Origin: Candidatus Zhuqueibacterota bacterium
GTDB taxonomy: Bacteria > Zhuqueibacterota > Zhuqueibacteria > Thermofontimicrobiales > Thermofontimicrobiaceae
Direction of reading: 5' to 3'
Length of the DNA: 64,000 bases
Assembly: GCA_034506395.1 (NCBI GenBank)
Contig: JAPDPQ010000001.1
Span: 4,435-68,434, forward strand
In this document: piece after piece, positions 1-9,188 of the stretch
Layout of the letters: every line of letters starts with the position of its first letter
Position numbering within the stretch: the first letter of the stretch is position 1
The notes under the pieces: generated by a model
What the model saw: the letters and a program-made list of their open reading frames with translations, nothing else
The model's database searches: none
What the model was told of the DNA's origin: nothing
Made by a program: the position numbers and the translations under genes

Positions 1-1
1 G

Positions 2-760
2 GTTGGCAATGCCGGCTGTGCTGGTTGTGCCAATGGTCAGATCGGTCAAAATGGGCCTGGCGAAATCACGATTAGCACTGGTAATCGTAATTTTGCTGGC
101 AAGCAGGGGAAGGGGGAGGTCTATTTGGCTTCACCCGCTACTGTTGCAGCCTCCGCCGTGGCGGGGATCATTACTATTGCCAAACGCATTCCAAAAGACC
201 CAGTGCTGTTTCAGACTGGGATGGCAAAAAGGAGGCAACGCGCGGAGCCACGGACAACTGCTATTGCGAGCGAGAGGCCGACCCGATTGAATGGACGCGT
301 CTGGGTGATCCGCAAGGATAACATCGACACCGATATGATTTTTCACAACCGGTACCTCGCCATCACCGATGTGGCGCAGATGGGACAATACACTTTCGAT
401 AATCTGGCTGGATGGGAGGACTTCGCCCAAAAAGCTAAGCCTGGGGACATTGTCGTGACTGGCAAAAATTTCGGTGCTGGGAGCTCGCGCCAGCAAGCGG
501 TGGATTGTTTCAAAAGCTTGGGAATCGCTCTGATCATTGCAGAATCCTTTGGCGCAATTTACGAGCGCAACGCCATCAATGCTGGAATGCCGATCATTCG
601 ATCCGATTTAGTGCAAACCGATATCCAGGATGGGGAAATCATCGAGATCGATCTAAAAACTGGCAAGATCTTCCGACCTAAAAATCAACAGCAATATCAA
701 GCAGAGCCATTTTCCCCAGTTCAGATGGAGATCTATCAGCGCGGTGGATTATTGGGCTAA
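2..760 (+). CDS. Aconitase-family hydratase with large-subunit C-terminus fused in frame to a small-subunit (LeuD-like) domain; 5' end truncated by the window edge
   Basis: Frame 2 is open from nt 2 to the stop at 760. It reads ...GNRNFAGKQGKGEVYLASPATVAASAVAG (LeuC C-terminal signature), then a ~35-aa linker, then GRVWVIRKDNIDTDMIF...GKNFGAGSSRQQA...AESFGAIYERNAINAGMPII (LeuD/swivel-domain motifs). Confidence 0.8.
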   Translation, partial: VGNAGCAGCANGQIGQNGPGEITISTGNRNFAGKQGKGEVYLASPATVAASAVAGIITIAKRIPKDPVLFQTGMAKRRQRAEPRTTAIASERPTRLNGRVWVIRKDNIDTDMIFHNRYLAITDVAQMGQYTFDNLAGWEDFAQKAKPGDIVVTGKNFGAGSSRQQAVDCFKSLGIALIIAESFGAIYERNAINAGMPIIRSDLVQTDIQDGEIIEIDLKTGKIFRPKNQQQYQAEPFSPVQMEIYQRGGLLG

Positions 761-1072
761 GTTTATTTGGCTGAACATAAAAATTAATCCCCTTGTCATA
801 CGAATCCTTCCTGACGAAGTGAGGAGGTCGATGAGCATGTCTCATTTTTTATCTTTATAGTGCAGTGGCTCGCGATTGAAACGTGAAAAAGCCAATGCGC
901 TCAAGATCAATCTATGCTTTGGCAGAGAACTGAGTTATCTATTGCCAGGCCGCAAATTCAAAATTATCGCCGAGAGTCAATTCTTCTCTCTATCTTCAAT
1001 TTAAATCATTGATCGGCTCTGAATCTTTTTTCCACTGGAAACATCAAATTATCAGAATAATGGAGAGATCCA

Positions 1073-1285
1073 ATGGAAAAAGAAATTGAGCCGATCATTC
1101 AAAAATATTGCGGTGCACTTGAGGAACGGATCGCAGCTTGCCACGACAAAAAGGTTGCTCGGCTCTTGAAACAGTTCCTTTTTAATGAGATTCGGCAACA
1201 CTGTAAAAATAAAGCAACCCTGGCTGCTGTGCGCGCGCATATCGATTCGCTCATTCAAAAGCGATTTCAAAGCAAACCAAACTGA
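1073..1285 (+). CDS. Hypothetical small protein (70 aa)
   Basis: ORF only. Lies immediately upstream of the DUF1858 gene with a 9-nt gap. I recognise no motif. Confidence 0.35.
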   Translation: MEKEIEPIIQKYCGALEERIAACHDKKVARLLKQFLFNEIRQHCKNKATLAAVRAHIDSLIQKRFQSKPN

Positions 1286-1294
1286 AATTTAGCA

Positions 1295-1510
1295 ATGTCA
1301 GAAGTGAACAAAACTATCCCGATTGAAGAACTGGTCGTAAAATTTCCGCAATCGGTCAATTATTTGATGAACAAAGGGATCAAATGCATTGTTTGTGGGG
1401 AACCGATCTGGGGGACGCTTGAGGACGCTGCAAAGGAGCGCGGTTTTAGTGATCACGATATCGAAAGGCTTGTCGACGAGCTGAATCAACAGCTATCGCC
1501 AACCCTTTAA
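1295..1510 (+). CDS. DUF1858-domain protein (ScdA N-terminal-like, hybrid-cluster-protein-associated redox domain)
   Basis: ~70 aa with ...VNYLMNKGIKCIVCGEPIWGTLEDAAKERGF..., which matches the DUF1858 pattern (Hxx..GxxCxxC..TLEEAA). Confidence 0.55.
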   Translation: MSEVNKTIPIEELVVKFPQSVNYLMNKGIKCIVCGEPIWGTLEDAAKERGFSDHDIERLVDELNQQLSPTL

Positions 1511-1713
1511 ATCTTGAAAACTGATCATAGATATGAGGGAATCCTCCATCATAAACCAATTGCGAAAATAAAACTATCACTTGAGTAGATAAAGAAGTCA
1601 CCTCTATCTCATTCATAAAAGTGCCAACAGATGCCTGCAGTCGCAGGCGTGACATTCAGAATGTGGGGACTTATTTTTGGTAGAAGTATAAATTTGATTA
1701 AGAAGGACAGCTT

Positions 1714-2155
1714 TATGAGAGCAAGGATCAAACGAGTTGATGGGTTAAGTTTAATCGGGAAGGCGGATTCGAATCACTGGGTGCCAATGGACACAGTGGA
1801 GGATTTTGGCGGTCATAATGCGGGCACAAAACCGATGGAATTGGTGCTATTGGGGCTTGGCGGTTGTACAGCGATGGATGTGCTATCGATTATGACAAAA
1901 AAACGCGCGCCAATCCAAGATTTTGAAATGGAGCTTGAGGCTGAGCAAGCAGCAGATTATCCAAAAGTATTCACCAAAATCAAAATCACTTACATTTTTT
2001 ACGGGGACAAAGAGAAAATCAAGGGAAAAGATATTGAGCGGGCCATCGAACTCTCACGGGATGTGTATTGCCCCGTCTCCAATATGTTAAAACATTCGGT
2101 AGCCATTGAGCATCACTACGAAATTCGAGAGCCCAAAATTGGTACAGACCAATGA
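1714..2155 (+). CDS. OsmC/Ohr family peroxiredoxin-like protein
   Basis: PMELVLLGLGGCTAMDVLSIMTKKR...DVYCPVSNMLKH carries the two conserved OsmC cysteines. ~147 aa from the ATG at 1714. Confidence 0.8.
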
Positions 2156-2294
2156 CTGTTCTAATATGCGTCCCAGCAGCTACGGACCAATCATTTTTTC
2201 GAGTGAAACTTAGCTCTCGAGATTGAGCATCAACAAAATATGTCTTGTTTTTTTCATGAAAATTTCTATATTTCCGTTAACAAAAAACGGAAAT

Positions 2295-2870
2295 ATGGAT
2301 ATGGAATTGACAGAACAAGAATTGATCCGTCGTGCAAAGCAAGGAGATCGGGCAGCTCAGGCTAAAATTGTAAAAGACCATGAGAAAATGGTCTATAATT
2401 TGGGTCTAAAATTATTGGGCAACCCTGACCAAGCAGAGGGCGTTTTGCAAGAGACCTTCCTCAAGGTATTGCAAGCGCTTCCCAAATTCGAGGAAAAATC
2501 TCAGCTCTCGACTTGGATCTATCGCATCGCGACCAATCAGGCGCTCATGCGATTGCGTTCTCGCAAACGTCGTTTTATTTCAATTGAGGAAAATCCAGAA
2601 TTTGAGGATAAAGATTACACGACCTTCGCTCAATCGTTGGATGCAACCCCACTGGATGACGTGCTGAATCAGGAATTGCGAGAAAAGATGGATCGAGCGA
2701 TTGAGCAATTGCCAGATAATTATAAAACAGTGTTCGTGATGAAGGATATCGAAGGGATGGCATTGAAGGAAATTGCAGAAATTTTAGACCTGTCTTTGCC
2801 TGCAGTCAAATCCAATCTGCACCGCGCCAGAGTTACTCTTCGAAATAAATTGGCTGAAATGTGGAACTGA
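2295..2870 (+). CDS. RNA polymerase sigma-70 factor, ECF (sigma-24) subfamily
   Basis: Region 2 (AEGVLQETFLKVLQALPKF...STWIYRIATNQALMRLR) and region 4 (YKTVFVMKDIEGMALKEIAEILDLSLPAVKSNLHRAR) motifs are present. Confidence 0.85.
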   Translation: MDMELTEQELIRRAKQGDRAAQAKIVKDHEKMVYNLGLKLLGNPDQAEGVLQETFLKVLQALPKFEEKSQLSTWIYRIATNQALMRLRSRKRRFISIEENPEFEDKDYTTFAQSLDATPLDDVLNQELREKMDRAIEQLPDNYKTVFVMKDIEGMALKEIAEILDLSLPAVKSNLHRARVTLRNKLAEMWN

Positions 2871-2880
2871 GGAATTTGCG

Positions 2881-3114
2881 ATGGAATGTTTTGAGTCTCT
2901 GGAAAAAATTTGTGAAGCGCTTGGAGAAGATATCGATAGCCCAATGTGCAAAGAGGTTGAGGAGCATTTGCGCAATTGCCCCCGCTGTTGCGCCCACGTC
3001 GATTCGGTCCGCAAGGTCGTTCGGCTTTATCGACAGATTGGCGATGCGGAGGTGCCTGTAGCCGTGGACGAACGATTGTGGAAAGTGCTCAATCTTTCAA
3101 AGCCACAAGACTGA
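2881..3114 (+). CDS. Zinc-dependent anti-sigma factor (ZAS family, ChrR/RsrA-like N-terminal domain)
   Basis: Starts 11 nt after the sigma gene. Contains the H-x3-C-x2-C motif (EEHLRNCPRCC) plus an upstream Cys. Small 77-aa soluble protein. Confidence 0.65.
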   Translation: MECFESLEKICEALGEDIDSPMCKEVEEHLRNCPRCCAHVDSVRKVVRLYRQIGDAEVPVAVDERLWKVLNLSKPQD

Positions 3115-3368
3115 AGCTTGGCGCAAACCAGCTTCTATCTTTGAGCCCTACTGTTGCGCGCAGCAAATTATTATTATCCCACCGAACCAAACTAAATTCA
3201 TTTTCAAATGCAGTTCAGCCCTCGCTTCCGTTCTTTTGACCCTCCACATTTTGACTCGATCATTCGTCCGCCTTTATGCGCGGAATTACCTTTGGTGACT
3301 TTATATTCATGACTACAATAAGATCGATGCTTGGTGATGAGAAGATGGCAAAAGGCACGATTATTCGC

Positions 3369-3397
3369 TTGACAGATTGCCGATTATTTTGTATATT
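3369..3397 (+). promoter_or_regulatory. Sigma-70-like promoter candidate (TTGACA-N17-TATATT) about 70 nt upstream of the rpiB-deoC fusion gene
   Basis: TTGACA at 3369-3374, a 17-nt spacer, then TATATT at 3392-3397. The same hexamer pair and spacing recur upstream of rpsT. Confidence 0.4.
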
Positions 3398-3469
3398 ACC
3401 GCCGTTTTTAAAATGCATCGCGCATGTGAGAGATCAACCATGTAACAAACGAGAAAGATTCGGAATCAG

Positions 3470-4876
3470 ATGAGCACCCAGCCGGGAATTAAAATCCGAA
3501 AAATTGCTATCGGCGCCGACCATGCGGGATTTGAGCTCAAGGAGAAGCTCAAAAAATATCTTGCTGATCGAGGGCATCATCTTTTTGATTGTGGAACTTT
3601 CAGCACCGAATCCGTGGATTATCCGAAGATCGCCTTTCAGGTTGCACAATTGGTGAGCAGAGGCGAATATGAATTGGGAATCATGATCGACGGTGCGGGG
3701 ATTGGTTCGGCGATGGCAGCCAATAAGGTCCCCGGTATTCGAGCGGCTCTCTGTTACGATCTTTCGACCGCACGCAATAGTCGCGAGCACAACAACGCCA
3801 ATGTCCTCACTCTGGGGGGTGGGCTGATCGGTTTTGAATTGGCCAAACAGATCGTCGATACCTGGCTGGCATCAGAGTGCACAGTCGATCGACACCTGCG
3901 CCGAGTACAGATGATCCATGACATCGAACAAGGAAAATTCACTGTGAATCAGATAACGATGCCTCCAGGTCCCTCATCTGGGTTGGCAATTTCCGAGGAA
4001 GACGTTAAGAAAATCGTTTCGAGAGTCCAAACTTTATTACAGCAGCAGATGGGAACTGGTGCGATGTGGACATCCGCTAGTTGTCAAAATCCCACATGCA
4101 ATTCGTGCGGCCAATGTGCGAATAAGGCCCCTGATGCCGTTCGTCAATTTATTTCCATTGGTGCTGCGCGCATCTCTAATGCTCCAGGTGGCATCGGTGC
4201 CCCGCAGGACATCGCCAAATTTATTGACCACACGCTGCTCAAGCCAGAAGCTACGATTTCGGATATCGAACGGGTTTGTCAGGAGGCAGTGAAATATCAA
4301 TTTGCAGCGGTGTGTATTAATCCCTGCTATGTGAAATTGGCGCATGAATTGACACGTGGATCCAATGTAAAAGTTTGTAGCGTGGTTGGGTTTCCGCTCG
4401 GGGCAAGCATCACCGAGATTAAAGCCCTGGAGGCTCGGCGAGCGATTCGCGACGGGGCGAAGGAGATCGATATGGTAATCAACATCGGTGCACTCAAAAG
4501 CGACAATGATGAATTGGTGTTTCGGGACATCCGGACTGTGGTGGATGCTTGTGTGGATGGAAGCGCAATCTGCAAGGTTATCATTGAAGCAGCGCTCTTG
4601 ACCGATGAAGAGAAAGTGAGGGCGTGCGAGCTGGCAAAGCGGGCGCGAGCCCATTATGTGAAAACGTCGACGGGATTCGGCCCCGGCGGTGCGACTGCGC
4701 ATGACGTCGCGCTGATGCGACAGGTGGTGAGCGGCACACGAATGGGCGTGAAGGCTGCGGGCGGCATCCGATCGCTGGCAGACGCACAAAAGATGATCGA
4801 AGCGGGGGCCACTCGGATCGGCGCCAGCGCTGGCGTGAAAATCGTCCAAGAAGCAGCAAAGGTGGCAAATCCCTGA
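3470..4876 (+). CDS. Bifunctional fusion: ribose-5-phosphate isomerase B (RpiB/LacAB) N-terminal domain + deoxyribose-phosphate aldolase (DeoC/DERA) C-terminal domain, with a Cys-rich linker
   Basis: N-terminus [17 protein letters not shown]...[28 protein letters not shown] (RpiB). C-terminus [12 protein letters not shown]...[10 protein letters not shown]...VKTSTGFG...AGGIRS (DeoC, with the Schiff-base Lys region). The linker holds [20 protein letters not shown] and [12 protein letters not shown]. Confidence 0.85.
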   Translation: MSTQPGIKIRKIAIGADHAGFELKEKLKKYLADRGHHLFDCGTFSTESVDYPKIAFQVAQLVSRGEYELGIMIDGAGIGSAMAANKVPGIRAALCYDLSTARNSREHNNANVLTLGGGLIGFELAKQIVDTWLASECTVDRHLRRVQMIHDIEQGKFTVNQITMPPGPSSGLAISEEDVKKIVSRVQTLLQQQMGTGAMWTSASCQNPTCNSCGQCANKAPDAVRQFISIGAARISNAPGGIGAPQDIAKFIDHTLLKPEATISDIERVCQEAVKYQFAAVCINPCYVKLAHELTRGSNVKVCSVVGFPLGASITEIKALEARRAIRDGAKEIDMVINIGALKSDNDELVFRDIRTVVDACVDGSAICKVIIEAALLTDEEKVRACELAKRARAHYVKTSTGFGPGGATAHDVALMRQVVSGTRMGVKAAGGIRSLADAQKMIEAGATRIGASAGVKIVQEAAKVANP

Positions 4877-5063
4877 TCGCCTCGGTCTCGTTCCCAACAC
4901 TTATCAGGTCACTATCGCTGCATCATCTTTTATTTTTTTATGCAAAAAATCGATGTTACATATAACTGAGAGCAAAACCGAACAAGATTAGTTATTGATG
5001 AGTCAGCCCATTTAAAATCCAAAATTCTAACAATGTTTTGAATTTGTTCACAAGGAGAGCTCT

Positions 5064-5693
5064 GTGGTTGACCTACGCGCTTATGTCTTTTTGGACAATC
5101 TTCAGCCGCAATACGCCGCCTTTTTGGGCACGGTGGCACAAGGGTTCCTGCCAATCGCCCACATGGCGTCGCTTTATGTCGAGATCTCCCCAGGGATCGA
5201 AATCAATCGTATCACGGATATCGCTTTGAAATCGACTCGGGTAACGCCGGGGATGCAAATTGTGGAACGCCTTTATGGTTTGCTTGAGATCCATTCTGAG
5301 TCTCAGGCGGACGTTCGGCAGGCTGGTCAGGCGATTTTGGACGCGTTGGGTTTAAAGGAAGAAGATCGCTGGAAGCCGAAGATTTACTCCAGCCAGGTGA
5401 TCCGACGAATTGATGACCATCAGACGCAATTGATTAATCGCATGCGCCACGGCAACATGATCATTCCGGGCCAGACATTGTATGTGATGGAAGTTGCCCC
5501 GGCAGCTTATGCCGCACTGGCAGCGAACGAAGCGGAAAAGGCCGCCGAAATTAATATCCTAGAGGTTCGAGCTTTTGGCAGTTTTGGACGCGTTTATCTG
5601 GGAGGAGAGGAACGCGATATCGACGTGGGGTGGCGCGCGGCTGTTCATGCCATTGAAAGCGTCACTGGCAAAATGTTTGAAGGAGCGTCTTAG
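5064..5693 (+). CDS. BMC shell protein, BMC-T with tandem circularly permuted BMC domains (PduB/EutL-like)
   Basis: Two repeats each end in a G-x-x-x-DV-x-x-A motif ([20 protein letters not shown] and [21 protein letters not shown]). GTG start follows an AAGGAGAG SD. Sits in the shell-gene cluster. Confidence 0.65.
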   Translation: MVDLRAYVFLDNLQPQYAAFLGTVAQGFLPIAHMASLYVEISPGIEINRITDIALKSTRVTPGMQIVERLYGLLEIHSESQADVRQAGQAILDALGLKEEDRWKPKIYSSQVIRRIDDHQTQLINRMRHGNMIIPGQTLYVMEVAPAAYAALAANEAEKAAEINILEVRAFGSFGRVYLGGEERDIDVGWRAAVHAIESVTGKMFEGAS

Positions 5694-5916
5694 GTCGCTA
5701 TCCCTCTGCGCCAAAATATTTTATTGCTGATGCGTATCAACCCCATGGGCTTAAAGTTCTTCATCTTTCCATAATGAAAAAATAACGGACGCTTTTAAGG
5801 GAAGCTCATAAATTTTCCAACTTTTTTTCAGACTTCTGTGCAATGAGCCGATATCGATCAATCTCCTGTCACTGTTGAATAGGTAGGAGTCTATTTTATT
5901 TTAACAAGTCACAACT

Positions 5917-5945
5917 CAGGCATGCCCGCATTAACAGGCATGCCC
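5917..5945 (+). promoter_or_regulatory. Two copies of CAGGCATGCCC (each containing the palindrome GGCATGCC) 18 bp apart, upstream of the BMC-H gene; candidate operator
   Basis: Direct reading: 5917-5927 and 5935-5945. The pair is flanked by TTAACAAGT at ~5902 and ~5992. TTGACA at 6015 and an AGGAGG SD at 6050 follow. Confidence 0.35.
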
Positions 5946-6062
5946 CGATTTTGCAATTTATTTGAATTTTATGAAAGTCTCAGTTATTTAGTTAACAAGT
6001 TTAGGACAGCGCATTGACAAATTGGTTTAGAACATTTTACTGGTACTCAGGAGGAATGAAGC

Positions 6063-6383
6063 ATGGCCGAAGCTTTAGGAATGATTGAATGTCGTAGTTT
6101 TCCAGCAATGGTGGAAGCTGCAGATGCCATGGTTAAGGCTGCCAAGGTTGAGTTGGTCAGTTACGAGAAAACTGGGGGAGGATACGTCACTGCGATCATC
6201 CGTGGGGATGTTGCTGCGGTAAAGGCCGCTTGCGAAGCTGGACAAGCTGGTGCCGCCAAAGTGGGTGAGGTCGTTGCCGTGCATATTATCGCTCGGCCGC
6301 ACAGCAATGTGGACCTGGTATTGCCATTGGGCAGAAAGGAACAGGTAGCCGCAGAGCTGAAGAAAACCAAGCGCGATGAATAA
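6063..6383 (+). CDS. BMC shell protein BMC-H (PduA/EutM/CcmK family hexamer)
   Basis: [77 protein letters not shown] is the canonical Pfam00936 sequence. Confidence 0.95.
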   Translation: MAEALGMIECRSFPAMVEAADAMVKAAKVELVSYEKTGGGYVTAIIRGDVAAVKAACEAGQAGAAKVGEVVAVHIIARPHSNVDLVLPLGRKEQVAAELKKTKRDE

Positions 6384-6612
6384 TCAATAAAGGGCTGGAT
6401 AGAAGCCGCAAGTCAACGACGCTGCAAGTTGCTCTTGTTTGCTTTTAAAAATTTTTCAGCCAAGAGGCAAAACTATTTTTCCTTGCGTTAATAGCGGCTG
6501 AGAAAGAATTGAACTTCTGAAATAGCCCCTGATTCTGAATAGTTGGTAGCGAATAAGTTTGAAGCCATAAATTTGAGACAAATTGCTGCCAGAGTTATGA
6601 GCAGGAAAAGCT

Positions 6613-6912
6613 ATGGTATTAGCCAAAGTAATTGGGACCGTGGTCGCCACGCGAAAAGAAAAGAGCATGGAAGGGCTCAAATTCCTGCTTTTGCGACAGG
6701 TCGACCTCGATGGCAACGAGATTGGGGGTCATATCGTTGCTGCTGATGCTGTTGGTGCAGGTCTGGGCGAAATGGTGCTTTATGCCACTGGTAGCTCGGC
6801 TCGACAAACCGTAATGACTGATAAGCGGCCTTGCGATGCGGTCATTATGGCCATTGTGGATAACTGGGAAGTGAACGGACAGATCAAATACAAAAAAGGA
6901 CAACATGATTGA
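6613..6912 (+). CDS. BMC vertex protein BMC-P (EutN/PduN/CcmL family), copy 1
   Basis: [31 protein letters not shown]...[25 protein letters not shown] is a typical pentamer protein. 99 aa. Confidence 0.9.
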   Translation: MVLAKVIGTVVATRKEKSMEGLKFLLLRQVDLDGNEIGGHIVAADAVGAGLGEMVLYATGSSARQTVMTDKRPCDAVIMAIVDNWEVNGQIKYKKGQHD

Positions 6913-7027
6913 CCTGCTCCGCCGCCTAATATTTTCCATTAGCCGTGCAATGACAGATTGTTGAGATTTAAACTCCAATGAAACCGCAGGCTGATTTGGC
7001 ATTTAATGAAATAACAGGTAGCGCAAA

Positions 7028-7594
7028 TTGGATCGACCTTTTTTAATCGGCAAAAAGATCTATCTCCGACCAGTAGAGCCTGAGGATGCGGCATTTCTCG
7101 CTCGGGGGGAAAATCACCCAGCGGTGCGCGAGGCGTTATTTCTGGCATTCCCCGTGAGTATGGGAACTGAGCTGGAGAAGATCGAGCAATTCATCAAATC
7201 CAAAGAAGCAATTGTGCTGATCATTGTAGACCAGCAGACGAATCAACCAGTCGGCCAGACCGCATTCTTTCGCATCGATTTCGTCAGCCGAGCGGCCGTT
7301 TTTTATCTGGCAATCCTCGATCCGAGCCATTGGTCGAAGGGGTATGGCTCGGAGGCCACACAACTCATGGTTGATTACGCATTCGAGACGCTCAATCTCA
7401 ATCGCATCCAGCTTCATGTCTGCGCCGAAAATACCCCTGCCATTCGGATTTATGAGCGCGCTGGATTCAAAAAAGAGGGAGTTTTACGACAGGCTATGTT
7501 TCGCAACGGGGCTTATGTGGATTTCTGGGTGATGGGCATCTTGCGGAGCGATTGGTCGGTGCGATCTCAAAATAGCCAAGTCTTTTCGGCATAA
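7028..7594 (+). CDS. GNAT family N-acetyltransferase (RimJ/RimL-like), embedded in the BMC operon
   Basis: IYLRPVEPEDAAFLA...QPVGQTAFF...WSKGYGSEATQLMVDYAFETLNLNRIQLHVCAENTPAIRIYERAGFKKEG is the acetyl-CoA-binding motif A region. Apparent TTG start. Confidence 0.75.
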   Translation: MDRPFLIGKKIYLRPVEPEDAAFLARGENHPAVREALFLAFPVSMGTELEKIEQFIKSKEAIVLIIVDQQTNQPVGQTAFFRIDFVSRAAVFYLAILDPSHWSKGYGSEATQLMVDYAFETLNLNRIQLHVCAENTPAIRIYERAGFKKEGVLRQAMFRNGAYVDFWVMGILRSDWSVRSQNSQVFSA

Positions 7595-7741
7595 GCCAAT
7601 CAAATCCAGCCATAAATTCATCGACACAATAGGTATTTTTCGCCGGTGGTTGAATGATCTTAATAGTTGATTAGAGACTTTCGTTCACATACAACAATTA
7701 TTTGGTTTATCATGCGATCACTTTAACGCTGGAGCGAACCC

Positions 7742-9187
7742 TTGTCTTTCCTTGGTGAAAATCAGATCGAAACGATCGCCCAAAAAATTGTGGAGATCAT
7801 TATTGGCAAGAGCTCAGTGCCGGACGCGGGTATAAGGAGTAGCTCGGTCTTTCGTTCAGGCTGGTTGGGGATTTTCCCCACCATCGATGAAGCCGTGACC
7901 GCGACTTCGATCGCTCAGCGGCAATTGACCAGCATGACGCTCCGAAAGCGAGATGAGATCATCGCCAGTATCCGAGCCATGATGCTGGAACATGCGCGGG
8001 AGTTGGCCGAATTCGCCGTTGCAGAGACAGGGTTGGGCCGCGTCGAAGATAAGATTGCCAAAAATAAATTGGTGAGCGAGAAGACGCCTGGGACAGAAGA
8101 TCTCTATCCGATTGCCCGATCTGGAGACCACGGGCTAAGCTTGTTCGAGCCAGCGCCTTATGGCGTTATTGGCGCCATCACGCCAATTACCAACCCCACT
8201 TCTACGATCATCTGCAACACGATCGGAATGGTTGCAGCGGGCAACGGGGTGGTTTTCAACGTTCATCCTGGGGCAAAAAACACCTCAATCCAAAATATCC
8301 ATTTAATAAACCAGGCTATTATCCAAGCTGGTGGGCCCGTGAATTTGGTCAGTGGCATAACCGAGCCAACAATTGCAACGGCACAGCAATTGATGCGCCA
8401 TCCTGGGATACGAATTTTGGTCATCACAGGCGGAGGTGCTGTGGTCCGAGAAGCGATGAACAGTGGCAAGCGAGCCATTTGCGCTGGGCCCGGCAATCCA
8501 CCTGTGGTAGTTGATGAAACCGCTGATTTGGAGCGCGCTGGCGAGTTCATCGTGAAAGGCGCATCGTTCGACAATAACATCATCTGTGTGGATGAAAAGG
8601 AACTCATCGTGGTTGAGGCAGTGGCAGACCAATTGCTCAGGATCATGCAGAACAAAGGGGCGATCTTGCTAAAACCCCAGCTTCTCCCCCAGCTCGAGCA
8701 ATTATTGTTCGAGAAAACGAACGGGCCGGCCAAGCCAGGGATGATAAATAAAAGCTTGATCGGCAAAAATGCCAATTTGATCCTCTCGAAATTGGGGCTA
8801 TCGGTCGATGATCGGATTCGATTGGCCGTCATCGAGGTCGATCGCACCCATCCGCTGGTCTGGACCGAACAGATGATGCCAATTTTGCCGATGGTGCGGG
8901 TGGCGAATGCGGATGAGGCAATCGATTTGGCAAAACAGGTAGAAGGTGGAAATTATCATACTGCGGTTATGTATTCCCGAAATCTGGACAATCTCAGCCG
9001 GATGGCCCGGGAAATTAACACGACAATTTTTGTGAAAAACGGTCCCGCCTATGCTGGATTAGGATTTGGCGGCGAGGGATACACTTCTTTTTCTATCGCC
9101 AGCCCAACGGGAGAGGGCTTAACAGGTCCGCGCAGTTTCTCAAGAGAGCGGCGTTGCGTGTTGGTAGATCATTTTCGGATCGTTTAA
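7742..9187 (+). CDS. CoA-acylating aldehyde dehydrogenase (PduP/EutE family) with an N-terminal encapsulation-peptide-like helix
   Basis: Full-length similarity to EutE/PduP, with the catalytic Cys context NNIICVDEKELIV. N-terminal QIETIAQKIVEIIIG amphipathic helix, then a Ser/Gly-rich linker before the ALDH core. TTG start with a GGAGCG SD. Confidence 0.9.
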   Translation: MSFLGENQIETIAQKIVEIIIGKSSVPDAGIRSSSVFRSGWLGIFPTIDEAVTATSIAQRQLTSMTLRKRDEIIASIRAMMLEHARELAEFAVAETGLGRVEDKIAKNKLVSEKTPGTEDLYPIARSGDHGLSLFEPAPYGVIGAITPITNPTSTIICNTIGMVAAGNGVVFNVHPGAKNTSIQNIHLINQAIIQAGGPVNLVSGITEPTIATAQQLMRHPGIRILVITGGGAVVREAMNSGKRAICAGPGNPPVVVDETADLERAGEFIVKGASFDNNIICVDEKELIVVEAVADQLLRIMQNKGAILLKPQLLPQLEQLLFEKTNGPAKPGMINKSLIGKNANLILSKLGLSVDDRIRLAVIEVDRTHPLVWTEQMMPILPMVRVANADEAIDLAKQVEGGNYHTAVMYSRNLDNLSRMAREINTTIFVKNGPAYAGLGFGGEGYTSFSIASPTGEGLTGPRSFSRERRCVLVDHFRIV

Positions 9188-9188
9188 T

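Noticed and set aside
3-290. 95-aa ORF at the window start in a different frame from the aconitase-family gene
   Set aside because: Frame 2 carries the unmistakable LeuC C-terminal and LeuD motifs. This overlapping frame is spurious.
4037-4900. 287-aa ORF antisense to the RpiB-DeoC gene. Similar long antisense ORFs occur at 8263-8847, 9375-9773, 35701-36249, 41205-41714 and 48099-48542.
   Set aside because: These lie entirely inside well-supported genes on the opposite strand. They have Arg/Ser/Pro-rich low-complexity translations and no motifs. They are typical GC-skew artefacts.
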